Source: Okamejei kenojei (Eukaryota). From it: a stretch of 64,000 bases of DNA. The DNA lies in contig CM069154.1 in assembly GCA_035221665.1 (NCBI GenBank), positions 14,074,001 to 14,138,000 of the forward strand, written 5' to 3'. The notes below the pieces were generated by a model. It was not told the origin of the DNA. It did no database searches and saw only the letters and a list, made by a program, of their open reading frames with translations. The position numbers were made by a program, and so were the translations under genes. Shown here piece by piece: positions 1 through 11,319 of this stretch (position 1 is the stretch's first letter; every line of letters begins with the position of its first letter).

Positions 1-149
1 TAAGCTCTTTTGCTTGCTTATAAGCTCCTCTCCTTTGCTCTATAAGAAATGTCCATCTGTTTGCGCTTCTTACTCTGGATCTTTGGCTGCACTTCTTTAC
101 CTCAGAGTCAGAGGCTTCGGAGCTTCATCCCACTCTGCTGAGGCAGAGG

Positions 150-600
150 GAGGGAGTCAAACAGGAGGAGGTATTGCAATGTTTCCCGAAGACTGTATTG
201 ACCAGTATTGAGCGGGGATGTACTGGAAGGTTTCTCAAATGTGGCCATGTGAGTGGAGAATAGAAACAAAAACGGCGTTCTCACTTTGCTGCCGTTGGAT
301 TACAGAGCTCGTAACAGTCAACAGGACATAGAACGGATATGTAGGCAGATATCAGAGATGCAATCAGAGAAGGGTTATCATATTGGGCCTTCTCCCAAGT
401 AGTAACTGGGCTTGCCTTTGTGTTAAAGGCTCAGAGGGGATCGTATTTTTGATGTGAGTCCAGGAGAGCTCTTTGATGCAGTATGTAGATAGACCAAGGA
501 GAGTACGGACATTAATGGGCCTTATCTCAGGGAATATAACTGGTCAAGTGCAGGTAGTGTCAGCAGGGGAACATTTGGAGAAAGCGACCATAACTCCATA
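150..600 (+). mobile_element. Degraded CR1-type LINE fragment (ORF2 endonuclease region)
   Basis: Resembles the endonuclease part of the CR1 copy at 49234-50341 (e.g. GAGCATTTGG..AGCGACCATAAC-like 'HLGxSDHN' region near 570-595). No open frame. Confidence 0.45.
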
Positions 601-604
601 TAGT

Positions 605-1120
605 GAGGCCAAATGCAAATTGTAGGAACAGCACCTCATATTTAACTAGGGCGGCTTATAAACCAGCGGTATGATCCTTGGTTTCTCTACCTTCAAATAA
701 CCCTTGCATTCCCTCTCTCTCTCCATCTCTCCCCCACCCTAGTCATCCTGCTAGTTTCACTGTTGTCCTGCTTAGTTTCACTCATTAGTTCCACTTGTTA
801 ACACCTACTCCAAACCAACAATGGACCATTGTGGGCTCCACCTTTCCTTGGTCATCGTTGCTGGCTTTGATTTGTCAAAGGAAAGGTGGAGCCCACAATG
901 GTCCATTGTTGGTTTGGAGTAGGTGTTAACAAATGGAACTGAGTGAAACTAAGCAGGACAACAGTACCTTGCATACATTTGTTCTTTATACCTCTTCATA
1001 TCTCTAGTTTCCCGCTCCTCTGACTCTCAGTCTGAAGAAGGGTCTTGACCCGGAACGTCACCTATTCCTATTCTCCAGAGATGCTGCCTGACCCGTCGAG
1101 TTGCTCCAGCATTTTGTGTC
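605..1120 (+). mobile_element. Penelope-like 3' fragment (GIY-YIG C-terminus remnant, 3' region, hammerhead-like motif, conserved tail)
   Basis: GGAACAGCACCTCATATTT matches the 'EEQHLVF' end of the GIY-YIG ORF at 15758-16261. It is followed by CTGAAGAAGGGTCTTGACCCGGAACGTC (1032-1059) and the GATGCTGCCTGACCC..CTCCAGCATT tail. Confidence 0.7.
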
Positions 1121-1179
1121 ATTCCAATATTTCCAAGCGGCTATGCAAAAGGACAGAGATGGATAGCAGAGAGGGTTAA

Positions 1180-1520
1180 GTGGAGGCACGATTGAGCTAC
1201 ATAAAATTATGAGGGCTATAGAGAGGGTAGACTGCAGGAAACTGTTCCCCATATCAGAGGTAGATAAAACTAGAGGAGACAGGTTTAGGGTTGTGGCAGA
1301 GGGGATTTGAGAAGGATATTTTTCACACAGAGAATGGTGAGTACCTGGAATGCAGCGCCGGACCATGGTTGAAGTTGAGTTACTGACAGAATTTTGGAAA
1401 AGTCAGTGTTAGGGAGCTAAGTGGTGGGCGGTGGGATTAACATGGATGGGTGCCCACTGTAGTTGGGCCGAATTAATGAGTTGGGCTGAATGGCCTCTTT
1501 CAATGTGGCATGCTTCTATG
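1180..1520 (+). mobile_element. CR1-type LINE 3' end fragment
   Basis: Similar to the 3' ends of other CR1 copies in the window (TATAAAATT..AGGGTAGAC, TTTTTCACACAGAGA..TGGAAT, TGGGCTGAATGGCCT). Confidence 0.55.
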
Positions 1521-1972
1521 AATCTAGATTACTGACCCCAAATGTAAGCCAACCCATCAATGCAGCAGTAAGAACATTTCTTCTCAGATAGTCCCGTGGC
1601 CTTGAGGACTTGCTTTCACTGCTGTTCTTTGGCATCTGGCATGACTAATGATGTTCACAGACTATCACAGATGGCGTGAATGGGTCAAGTCAAGTTGAGT
1701 TTATTGTTATATGTCCTAGTACGCCAAGGTACAGGTTGAATTAAAATATTAAGATTAAATGAGAACTTACCAGTTTGAAGTTCAATCTGTATTTTATGAG
1801 GAGTTACGATGAGGGGTTACGTGAAGACCCCGTCCAGCATGCATGCGCGACATTCTTCAAAGCAGCGGTGTGGATTCACAGAAAAAACACAACGATTTAA
1901 ATAAATATAGTAAAGAAAAAATAAGAACTAAATTACCAGTTGATCTGTTTAATAGAGGGTGGGAGCGGAGGG

Positions 1973-2086
1973 CACGTAATCCCTCATCATAACTCCTCAT
2001 AAAATACAGATCAAATTTCGAACTGGTAAGTTCTCATTTAATCTTACTATTTTATTTCGGAGTCACGTGAGTGATTACGTGAAGAC
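1973..2086. repeat. DIRS internal complementary region (ICR)
   Basis: 1973-2046 is the reverse complement of the left end (about 1750-1823). 2049-2086 is the reverse complement of the right end (about 6063-6100). Confidence 0.9.
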
Positions 2087-2208
2087 TTCAAAGCTCTGTG
2101 AATCCAAACCGTGTACCAGCTCATGCTTTACTCACAGTCTGAAGACCTTAGAGGGAGGAAGTATGTTATCACAATCAGCAATAACCTGTTTGTGAACAAA
2201 AAGGTTTA

Positions 2209-3234
2209 TTAATGACAACAAAAAACAGAGAGCTCCCCAAGGCTTAAATTAAACATTACTGCAGACTCTAAAATTCTGTCTGCAAATGTAGCAGGTTCCG
2301 CCAGCGGCTTATTATAAAACCTTTGGAAAGTTCTTTCCGAGGACCATCCTGCTCTTGCCGGAATATGGTCCGTAGGCACGTTCATTCGCCTAGCCGCCGA
2401 CGTAGATGCAGCCCTGGTGGAGTGAGATTTGTAAACATTAGTATTGACTCCCGCGAACTTAAACACCTGCTTGAGCCAGCTTGAAATGGTTTGGTTCGTC
2501 ACCTGACCATGAGGCTTCTTGTGGCTTATCCATAAGGCTTTTTCTCTCCCTCTTAAGTTGTATGTTGTGTCTATGTAATTGGCAAGATGGGTCTTGGCAC
2601 ACAGCCGTGGGTCAGATGAATATGCCCAGAACTCCATGACTGGAGGCGTGGCACCTGGTCTAGTTTGTTTGACCAGTCCCTGAATATGAAATGTGAAACA
2701 GTCCAATGACTTTGTCATGCTGTCCAGCCTCAGAAGGTGGAGGGACTGTACCCTTTGAGCTGACACTAGTGCCATGAGCATGATGGATTTCAGAGTAAGT
2801 TGTTCCAGCGTGAGTGCCCTAGGTGGTGGCCATCCCCTAAGGTATGTCAGCACAATGCTGACATCCCAGATCTGTGTGTACCTAGGTCTGGGGGAATTAG
2901 TGTTAAAAATGCCCCTCATGATTTTGACCACTAGTGGATGGGACCCCAAAGCCAGTTGTCCTGCTGCTGGAACCAAATAAGCTGACAACGCACTCCTGGC
3001 TGTATTGATGGCGCTGCAGCTGAGTCCTTCTTGATGTAATCCAACCAGGAACTCCACAACACTGGTGGCTGTAGGAGTAGTGTAGGTAGTTCCTGTTTTG
3101 GAGCAATACCGTTCCCATTTCCTTATGTTGGTTAGGTATTGTCTCCTGGTGGACTCCCGGTGGGATGCGGTCATCATGTTGATGGCGTTCTCAGACAGTC
3201 CCAGGCCCAGTAGAGATCTTTTTAGAATCTGCAA
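2209..3234 (-). CDS. DIRS tyrosine recombinase (uninterrupted 341-codon ORF)
   Basis: Motifs SAQRVQSL (catalytic R), KSHSTRAAS (HxxR) and AGWSSERTFQRFY (W..Y nucleophile), plus N-terminal 'AINTARSALS'. Confidence 0.9.
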   Translation of the reverse strand: MQILKRSLLGLGLSENAINMMTASHRESTRRQYLTNIRKWERYCSKTGTTYTTPTATSVVEFLVGLHQEGLSCSAINTARSALSAYLVPAAGQLALGSHPLVVKIMRGIFNTNSPRPRYTQIWDVSIVLTYLRGWPPPRALTLEQLTLKSIMLMALVSAQRVQSLHLLRLDSMTKSLDCFTFHIQGLVKQTRPGATPPVMEFWAYSSDPRLCAKTHLANYIDTTYNLRGREKALWISHKKPHGQVTNQTISSWLKQVFKFAGVNTNVYKSHSTRAASTSAARRMNVPTDHIPARAGWSSERTFQRFYNKPLAEPATFADRILESAVMFNLSLGELSVFCCH

Positions 3235-3267
3235 GCCAGGAGATTGACTCTGTCATGGCACGTGTGA

Positions 3268-4046
3268 CTAATGCCTGTCACTGGGTGGATTAATAATCCT
3301 GGACTGCTGGGGAATTCCAACGATGTTTCGACAGCCATGTCGAGGGCCACTGGGAATCATGGCTGTGCAGGCCAGTCGGGTATTATCAAGATTCCTGTAG
3401 CGGAATCCAATTGAATCTTGCGTAATACCCGACTGATGAGGCAGAAGGGAGGAAAAGCATAAAAGAACATTTTCCCCCAATGCAGTGTGAATGCATCAAC
3501 TGCTGCTGCCTCACGGTCTGGTTCCCAAGCGACATACGTTGGTACCTGGTGATTCAGCCTGGATGCAAATAGATCGATATCTGGTGTGTCATATTGCTTT
3601 GTAATTTCAGCAAATACTTTGGGATTTAACATCCATTCGATGTTATCGTAAAATATGCGTGACCTGGTGTCCGCCATTATATTTTGCTTACCGGGTAGGT
3701 AAGTTGCTGATAACCAAATATGTATTTCGACACACCATTGCCAGGTTAGGTTGACCAAATTGTCACACGATATCGATTTTACACCACACATGTGGTTGAT
3801 ATAAGCCACCACCGTGGTATTATCTATTGCAACCGGACATGTTCGCGTATTAGATGAATATGCTTTTAAACCATAAAACGCACCCAACATTTCTAAGTAG
3901 TTGATACCCCGTGTCTGTAGGCAAGATGATTCAGAGTTAGTCCATCTGCCCCCTGTGCTGGATTGCATGTTAGTTGCTCCCCAGCCCAAAGCACTGGCAT
4001 CCTTCGGCAGAGTTACAATCATGCGAAGTGTCAATCGTAAATCCAA
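3268..4046 (-). pseudogene. DIRS RNase H plus Dam-like methyltransferase domains (frameshifted)
   Basis: RNase H motifs DASALGWGA, INYLEMLGA, DNTTVVAYINH and NIMADTRSR. DIRS MTase motifs DIDLFASRLN and YAFPPF. Confidence 0.85.
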
Positions 4047-4828
4047 GATAGTCCATGGTAGTGGATAGTGTTAAATTGGATTTATCTGGATGTATGACAA
4101 ACCCCAAAGTTTCAAACAAACGTTTGGTGCCTGCTACTGCCAAAATAGCTGTCTCCAAGGTTTTCCCTACTATTAAAATGTCATCTAGGTACGCCATGTT
4201 TCCTCAATAATGCCAAAGCAGGTTTTAAGATTTTAGTGAACAACCTTGGTGCGGAGGTTGGTCCATTTGGTAAGGCTTTAAATTGCCATAGCTGTATCAT
4301 CCAGATAAACTTTAAGTATTTACGATGCTCCTTATGTATGGGTACTGAGTAGTAGGCATCTTTTAAATCAATGCTTGCTAGAAAGTACCCTCTAAAAACT
4401 AATAGTCTGGCTGTTTCAAAAGTTTCCATCTTTAAATGTATATACTTAACAGACTCGTTTAAAGTAGTTAAGTCAATGATGATGCGACATCCACCATCTT
4501 TTTTTGTTACAGTGAAAATATTAGACACAAATTCCAAAGGTTCGTGTTTAGTTCTGTCAATGACACCTTTTGCTAGTAGCCTCATCAGTTCAGCTTGACC
4601 CTCTTGTTTCTCTTTGACTGAGAGGGTGAATACCCTTTGGGGTGTATGCTGAACTGGCGGCATGTTTTCATGAACAAAGTCAATTTTATAGCCATGAATG
4701 CTGCTGAGTATATACTTGTCATCAGTGATGGATTCCCATGTATCCAAAAACAAGTGCAATCTCCCCCCTGTTAGCATAGAGCCCCCACTGCTCACATGTT
4801 GAGAGGAACCAGACCCACCTACTTCCAT
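3970..4828 (-). pseudogene. DIRS reverse transcriptase (frameshift near 4190)
   Basis: KKDGGCRIIIDL, SIDLKDAYYSVPI and QFKALPNG in ORF 4181-4828. YLDD lies in the next frame (3970-4197). Confidence 0.88.
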
Positions 4829-4953
4829 GGTTACTGGTGCTTCTTCTGCCTCTTCGCTGGACGATGAGGTGTCTGCTGGGCTGTTGATGTTGATGTTGAT
4901 GGGGGTGGTGCATTTTTCATGGAGTCCGCTCTGGGCCCTGGCCTAAAAAAGGC

Positions 4954-5918
4954 TTACGGGGAATGGTTGCGGACCCCGAGCTTTTCACCCGTCCCATATG
5001 GTGGTCGACGACTGGTGGACGCCGTGGGGTACTGCCGCCTGGGTTTGTTAGGTCTGCTCGGTCCCAAACCTGCCCTCACGAGACCAAAGGTCTTGGATTC
5101 TTCCTCTAGGTCTTTCACCTTTTTCGGAAGGTCCTTTCCAAAGAGCAGAATTGGAGGTTCTGAACCCGGTGTTTTGCAAAGTCCCGCAAACTTTGGGTTG
5201 AGGGCAGGCTTGATGATTTCCGTCTGTAAATTGTTTATCTCATATTGAGTGGTGCACTGCAGAGCTAATGTATCTTGCTGATTTGTGGATATGTCCACAC
5301 CATCAATGGACCGAGCATATTAGTTCAAGAGCCTCATTGACCACCTGTTCTTGTAGGGGTTTTGAGGACAGGTGGTCAATGCTGGCTGCAAGTTTCAGCT
5401 CTAACGGCCGACCTGCTCGTGGAATGGCCACGTAGCGGTTGACCACACCCAGCAGCTCTTCCTGATCCTGTACACCCTGCGTACTCCGGACATCTTCAGC
5501 CAGCGACCCCTCTTCTTGACCAGCCCAGACCTGGTCGCCAATGCTGCCTTCAATAGAAGGTGAAGCAATGGCCAGTGCCGTAATGGGCACTGCGGGAGTG
5601 CCAGGGCTCCCTTGGCGAGTCTGCTGCTGCTCTCTCAGCAGATCTCGCTGGAGCAATTGCTTCATAAGCCGTTCCAATTCGGCTTAGGCGGCTGCCTGTG
5701 CCGCTCTCGAGCGGTGAGGCATCTTCATCCGAATCGTCGGACACTACCGCCCGGTTCTGGCTGCAGGTACCTCCAGACCGCTGCTCAGGCTGCACTAGCG
5801 GTGCTGGGCTCGGCTCAGTAGTTATTCCCACTGCCTCTTGCCCCCCCTCCAAAGAACATTCCTCAACGGAAGACGTACGGGGGCGAGCTGCAGATTTCTT
5901 CCCTCTGGTCTTGCTCAT
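4954..5918 (-). pseudogene. DIRS gag-like ORF1 (frameshifted)
   Basis: Position upstream of RT, ATG at 5918, and a DIRS gag C-terminal-like 'IKPALNPKFAGLC...LLFGKDL' segment. Split over several frames. Confidence 0.65.
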
Positions 5919-6779
5919 TCTTCCTGGAACACAAGCAGACCACAGAGAAAAAGACACACGGCCACGGTAAAACTTACCTGTCGGCCGGACTTTTCAATTT
6001 ATAGCGGGAGCGCCTTGAACTCCCATTCGTCGCGCTAATGTCGCGCATGCGTGCTGGACGGGGTCTTCACGTAGTCACTCACGTGATTCCGAAATAAAAT
6101 CTTGTTTTCAGCAGCATTATAGAGAGAATAAGACAACATGCAAAAACATAAATTAACTATATTTTACATATAAATTCAATAGAAAACTGCAAACACAAAA
6201 ACATCAGTGCGAAACACACAATTAGAAAACAAGTCCTTGGTAGTTCAAGAAGTGGTCCACATGGTTCTGTTGCCAAGGTAAGGTTGGTGTTGTAAATGGT
6301 CCATTGTTGGCTGTGGGCCAGGTGAGAACGAGTTATACAGTCAGTGAAACTTAACAGGATGACACTGAAACTAGTGCCACAACTAGGGTGGGCGGGGGTA
6401 AGAGAGAAGGGGGATGCAAAACTTACATTAAGTTAGATGAATCAATATTCATACTGCTGGGTTGGAAGCTCCCCGAGTGAAATGCGAGGTGCTTGGCAGC
6501 ACTCCTACCCAGGTTTGACGTCAGTATGCTTTGAGGAAGCACTTTCAGAAGGAGCTGCTTGGCTGTGAAATGCCGTGGGACGTCCTGAGATGGTTAAAGG
6601 GCTGTGTCGGAGCAACAACTGACACCCCCTCCCTCTAGGGAGACGGGGACTCCTCGCTCCCTGCCTTCTGTCCTAGGCGTCCAGAATGTATTGAGTCAGT
6701 GTTATTTAAAATGGATTTCCAGCGAGGACTTCAGCCTCTTCTGGCTGCGGGTTGTCTGAGGAATATTCCGCTTTGGCCC

Positions 6780-6900
6780 TCCCCCCCATGCAGCGGGCCG
6801 GGCCGGGCCGGGCCGGGCGTGTGTCTGGGGGCGGGCCAGAGTCTCAGCTGATTCTCAGCATCATGCAATGTTACACGAGAGAGGCGGTGCTTTTGACAGC
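6780..6900 (+). promoter_or_regulatory. Probable GC-rich CDKN1A promoter
   Basis: (CGGGC)n run and GGGGCGGGC Sp1/KLF box about 350 bp upstream of the first-exon ATG, at the edge of a CpG-rich region. TSS not determined. Confidence 0.5.
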
Positions 6901-7070
6901 TTCCTAGAGCTGCAGTCGGGATAACACCAGTTCAGTACATCTCCCCGCTCGGGTCTGACCGCTCTTCGAACAGTCTCTCCCAGGACATCCCCCGGGTTCC
7001 GACAGACCCTTCCCGGTCAGGGGCAGACCTCTCCCGGGCCATCTCGCTGTTTGGGGCAGTCGGCTCCGGG

Positions 7071-7101
<31 letters not shown>

Positions 7102-7176
7102 CGCTCCCGGGTGATCTCTCGGTGCGGGACCGACCTCTCCCGGGACACCTGCCCGGGGTTTTATTTGGTGGCCAAC

Positions 7177-7179
7177 ATG
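7177..7179 (+). CDS. CDKN1A: CDKN1A coding exon 1 (initiator ATG only)
   Basis: GCCAACATG|GTAAGT gives a good Kozak context and a consensus donor. Phase 0 matches the acceptor at 12277, and exon 2 has no in-frame ATG. Confidence 0.75.
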
Positions 7180-7699
7180 GTAAGTACCCGGAACGGGGTT
7201 AAGAGCGAGAATGTCGGTGTGTGTGGTAGTGTCGAACCGTATGTGGAAAGGAACTACAGATGGTGATTTAAACCGAAGTGAGAACCTTCATGTGTGGATG
7301 AGTGTTGTGGGTTCGCCGTGAAATGGAGACCGAGCGACCGACTGCTCGCTGACACTCGGCAGCCGGGACCCCTCCCAGTCTGGGACCCGCCGCCCCCGGC
7401 TCTCTGCCCCTCGCCGCCGGCCCGGGGCTGGAGCATTGAACCGCTGCCTGTCCTCATCAACCCGGTCCCAGCGCCCGAGATCTGCCCGGGCAGGTTCCGC
7501 CAGGGATGAGGACTCCCTCGGCCACACCTCCCCCGGGGGCGGGGTGTAGAGGAGCTGCGACCGAGGGAGCCCACACCCCACAGACAGGGGTCGCGGCTCA
7601 GTCCCAACAGCCGCCGGGTCCAGTACCCCCCCCCCCCCCCCCCGTTCAGGGGTCCCGGACTCTCGCCCACACCGGGGAGAGGAGGCGAGGGGGTGATGG

Positions 7700-8470
7700 G
7701 GTGTGCGGATACCAATTCCCCACCAGGACGTCCCGGGACCACCAGAGGTGAGATCTCCACCCGGGGGGTCGCAGAACTCACGGAGCTGAAATCTTTTCCC
7801 AGGGGGTCCTGACCCGCAAAGTTGAGATCCCCCCCACCCAGGGGTCTTGAGATGTCTCCATATCCCACGACAGCCAGAGTTTCCCACCCCCCCACCACCA
7901 CTTCTCCCCATGGGTCTCGGGACCCTGAAAGCTGCGATCCTCACACGGGGGTCCTGAGATGTTTAGTCCCCATATCCCGAGACCCCCAGAACTCACTGCC
8001 CCGCACAAGGGGTCCCGGGACCGTTAGAACCAAGATCCCCACTCGGGGGTCCTGAGATGTTCCCATATCCAGAGACCCCCAGGGCTCAAGCTCATCTTCT
8101 CCTGGGGTCTCGGGACCGTTAGAGCTGAGATCCTCACCCACCGGGGTCTGAGATGTCTGCCCCCCCTCCCCGCTCATCGGGGGTCCCGGGGCCCCAAGAA
8201 CTCAATCCGCACCGGGATCCCAAATGCCCCGACCCTCCCCTCCAGCGGGTCTCGGCCTTCATCACAGAGCTGAGATTCTCCCAGGGGTCTGCTCCCCATA
8301 TCCAGGGACCCCCAGAACTCAATCCCCCTCCTCCTCTGGCATTCCCGGGACCACAAGAGCTCCATCACTAACGGGGTCCCAGAGCCGCCGAGCGGTGCCG
8401 ACCGTGATATCCAGATCCCACATTCCGGGACCCCCAGAGCCCAGATCCCCACCTACCAGGTTCCCGGTAC
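7700..8470. repeat. Degenerate GC-rich tandem repeat (GGGGTCC..GAGAT/GGGACCCCCAG units) in CDKN1A intron 1
   Basis: Recurrent GGGGTC(C/T)TGAGATG, CCCATATCC and GACCCCCAG motifs. Confidence 0.55.
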
Positions 8471-8519
8471 CACTATCCCCACACCCTGGAGGGGGTGTCC
8501 TCCCCTCCATAATATCTCT

Positions 8520-8945
8520 TCACTGTCCTCCCCCCTCACCCCTCCCCCCTCCTCCCCTCCTCCTCCCCTCACCCCCTCTCCCCCCCTCCTCTCCCCCCCT
8601 CCGCCTCCCTCCCCCCTCCTCCCCTCACCCCTCTCCTCCTCCCCTCACCCCTCCTCCCTCCTCCCCTCCCCCTCACCCCTCCTCCCCCTCCCCCTCACCC
8701 CCTCACCCCTCCTCCCCTCCCCCTCACCCCTCCTCCCCCCTCCCCCTCACCCCTCCTCCCCTCCCCCTCTCCCCTCCCCCTCACCCCTCCTCCCCTCCCC
8801 CTCACCCCTCCTCCCCTCCCCCTCACCCCTCCTCCCCTCCCCCTCACCCTCCTCCCCCCTCCCCCTCACCCCTCCTCCCCTCCCCCTCATCCCTCCTCCC
8901 CTCACCCCTCCTCCCCTCCCCCTCTCCCCTCACCCCCCTCCCCTC
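8520..8945. repeat. C/T-rich low-complexity repeat, units like CCCCTCACCCCTCCTCCCCT
   Basis: Almost pure pyrimidine tract visible directly. Confidence 0.9.
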
Positions 8946-8990
8946 CAGAGCGCCGCCAGACTCGGGCGGAAGGCGCTGAAGGTCGCGGTG

Positions 8991-9030
8991 CGGCAAGTGC
9001 GGGCTTGTGCGAACATGTCTGGTCCTGTCC
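8991..9030. promoter_or_regulatory. Candidate p53 response element cluster (CDKN1A intron 1)
   Basis: Abutting decamers CGGCAAGTGC, GGGCTTGTGC, GAACATGTCT (perfect RRRCWWGYYY) and GGTCCTGTCC, with no spacers. Confidence 0.65.
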
Positions 9031-9089
9031 CCACTGACCTACCGACCCGGCCGGGACCCAATTCAATTGTGAGGCTGAATGACCCAACC

Positions 9090-10260
9090 CCTGCCGGCTC
9101 TCTCCCTCCCTCCCTCCCCGCCCACTCTCCCAGGCTCACTTGCTGCTTGCCAAAGATCGTTGCTGCTTGCTGTGTCCCCCCCCCCCCCCCCGCCCTCTCC
9201 CCCAGCCCAGCTCCCACTCCACCCCCCGCACCTTCAGCACATGTCCCGGCTCGTTCACAGCTAATGTCGGGGCTGTGGAGGGGGAGGCTGGCTGACGCAC
9301 GGTATTGCAGAGCCGCCGAGCCCCGTTCTCCACTCCCCCCCCCCCCCCCCCATCCCACCGCCCACTCTCACCCCTCTCCACCTCTCTTCTCCCCTGCCCT
9401 CCCATTCCCCAACACGCACTCTCTCCCCTACTCACACCCCTGCCGACTCTGTCCACACTCCCCACTTTCTCTCTACCCCACCCTCCCATCAGCTGCCCAA
9501 CACCCACTGTCCCCCCTGCCCGCTCTCCCTCCTCCCTTAGCTGCCCACTGCCCCACACCAACTCTCCTCCCTCCCACAGACGCCCACTCCCCAAGTACCC
9601 ACGCTCCCCATCACTGGCTCTTCCCATTCCCCCTCTCCCCTGCCCTGGTCCAATACCCACCCTCGCCCCATTCCCGCTAACACGCCTCTCCGCTCTCTCT
9701 CCCCGTCCACACTCTCCCATCCACTCTCCTACCTATTCACTCCCCATCACCCGTCCTGCCCATTACCCCACCTCACCTGCCCTAGTATCAGTGCACCACT
9801 CCCTGGTACCCACTCTCGCCCCCTCCCCCCTCAACATCCCCACCCACCTTTGCTTCAGCTGCCCAGTACCCACGCCACCACTGCTGCCCTCTCTCTCCCC
9901 TGTCTACACCCCCCCCCCCCACCTCGCTCATTCCCCCATCACCAGTTCTTCTCGTTACTCCCTCTTCCCTGCCCGCTCTCCAACAGCCTCCCTTTAGCTG
10001 CCCACTCCCCAGTACCCACTCATGCCCACCCTCTCTCCTGTCGGCACTCCCCCTCCCTCCCCCTTCCTCCCTCTCCCCTGCCCTCCAGTCAGCTGCCCAC
10101 TCCCCCCCTTCCCACTGTGCTACACACACTCTCCCATTACCCAGTCACTAGCCCCTCATTCTTGCCCTCTCACCCCTTGCTGCTGCCCTCTGCCCCCCCT
10201 CACTAAATCATCCTGACCTCTCACCCCCCCACCTCTCACTCTACACAATGCTGCCATTCT
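9090..10260. repeat. C-rich low-complexity region
   Basis: Strong C/T skew and poly-C runs. Confidence 0.8.
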
Positions 10261-11319
10261 GCCAACCTCAGCCAGCATGATTCTTGTCCCAATATTATAT
10301 ACACTGAACATGCCCTACGCAAAAGATGTGAGCCCCACCCCACTCATCTCCCCCACCCCCCCATGTTGGCCAGGCTGTGGGAAGGGACTCAGTCACTGCT
10401 GAGAACACGTCAGGGCATATCCTGTCAAAACTTCAGGGAGGAGGGGCGGGAGATGATTGAGGGAGAGCGATGGACAGGCGGGGACAATGCAGGGTGTGGT
10501 CTATGGGGTGGGGGCTGCTCACTGATTGTCATCTCAGTTATTGCTGCTGCTCCCCGTCCCCTCTCCTTGCCCCTCACGCTCCCCACTCCCATTCTCCACT
10601 CTCTCTCCATTTCCTCTCCCCACTCCCTCCTGCCCACTCTCCACTCCTTCCCGCCCACTCCCATTCTCTACTCCATCTCTCCCCACCCCTTTCCCACTTT
10701 CCCTCCCTGCTCTACTCCCTCTCCCCGCCACTCCTGGAATCAAGAGTTATGGGGGGAAAAGCAGGAACGGGTACTGATTTTGGATGATCAGCTATGATCA
10801 TGTTGAATGGCCTGTTCCACCTATTTTCTATGTTTTTCTCTTTACTCTCTATCTCCCTTGCAGTGCATGTTCCAGTCTCTACCCCTCTTGCTCCCTCATC
10901 TCTCGGTCGGTCTGTTTAGTTTTGGTTTCTTCCCCGTCATGTTACTTTCTCTTTCTCACCATCTGCCGGGTAGAGGAAAGTGAAACTGTGGTCGTAAGCT
11001 GTGGCTGGTGAAGGAGTTTGGTTCTAGGTTCTACCTTATCCAGAGACTGGATGACTAACAAGGACATTTTTGGTGGATTTTGAACCGCCAAAGGGGATTA
11101 TAGAAGTCTCTGCTTTCCTCCCGTGTTGATTTCTGCTGCCACTATTGATCTCAACCGAGTCCGTCTCTGCTGACTCATTCTCCCTGACCAAACCCTGGCA
11201 CGCCTAGAGTCCGCCCGATCCTCACTCCAGCACACACCAGCAGCCCGATCCAAGTCCCTCCAGCACACACCAGCAAACTCTCTCCTCACTCCCTCCAGTA
11301 GACACCAACAGCCTGGCCC

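Larger units (their letters stand above)
1742..6100 (-). mobile_element. DIRS1-like tyrosine-recombinase retrotransposon, full-length structure with frameshifted gag/pol
   Basis: Order gag - RT/RNase H/MTase - YR on minus. Inverted terminal repeats (about 1818-1854 vs 6037-6073), an internal complementary region (1973-2086), and TAAAAT at both junctions. Confidence 0.93.

Noticed and set aside
3357-3600. Dam-like methyltransferase and phage-integrase-like ORF suggesting prophage or contamination
   Set aside because: Both are normal DIRS components within the element's termini.
7254-10216. Long Pro/Gly-rich ORFs (e.g. 8224-8979, 8988-9680, 9305-9997)
   Set aside because: By-products of stop-poor C-rich low-complexity intron sequence, open in several frames, with no domain signal.
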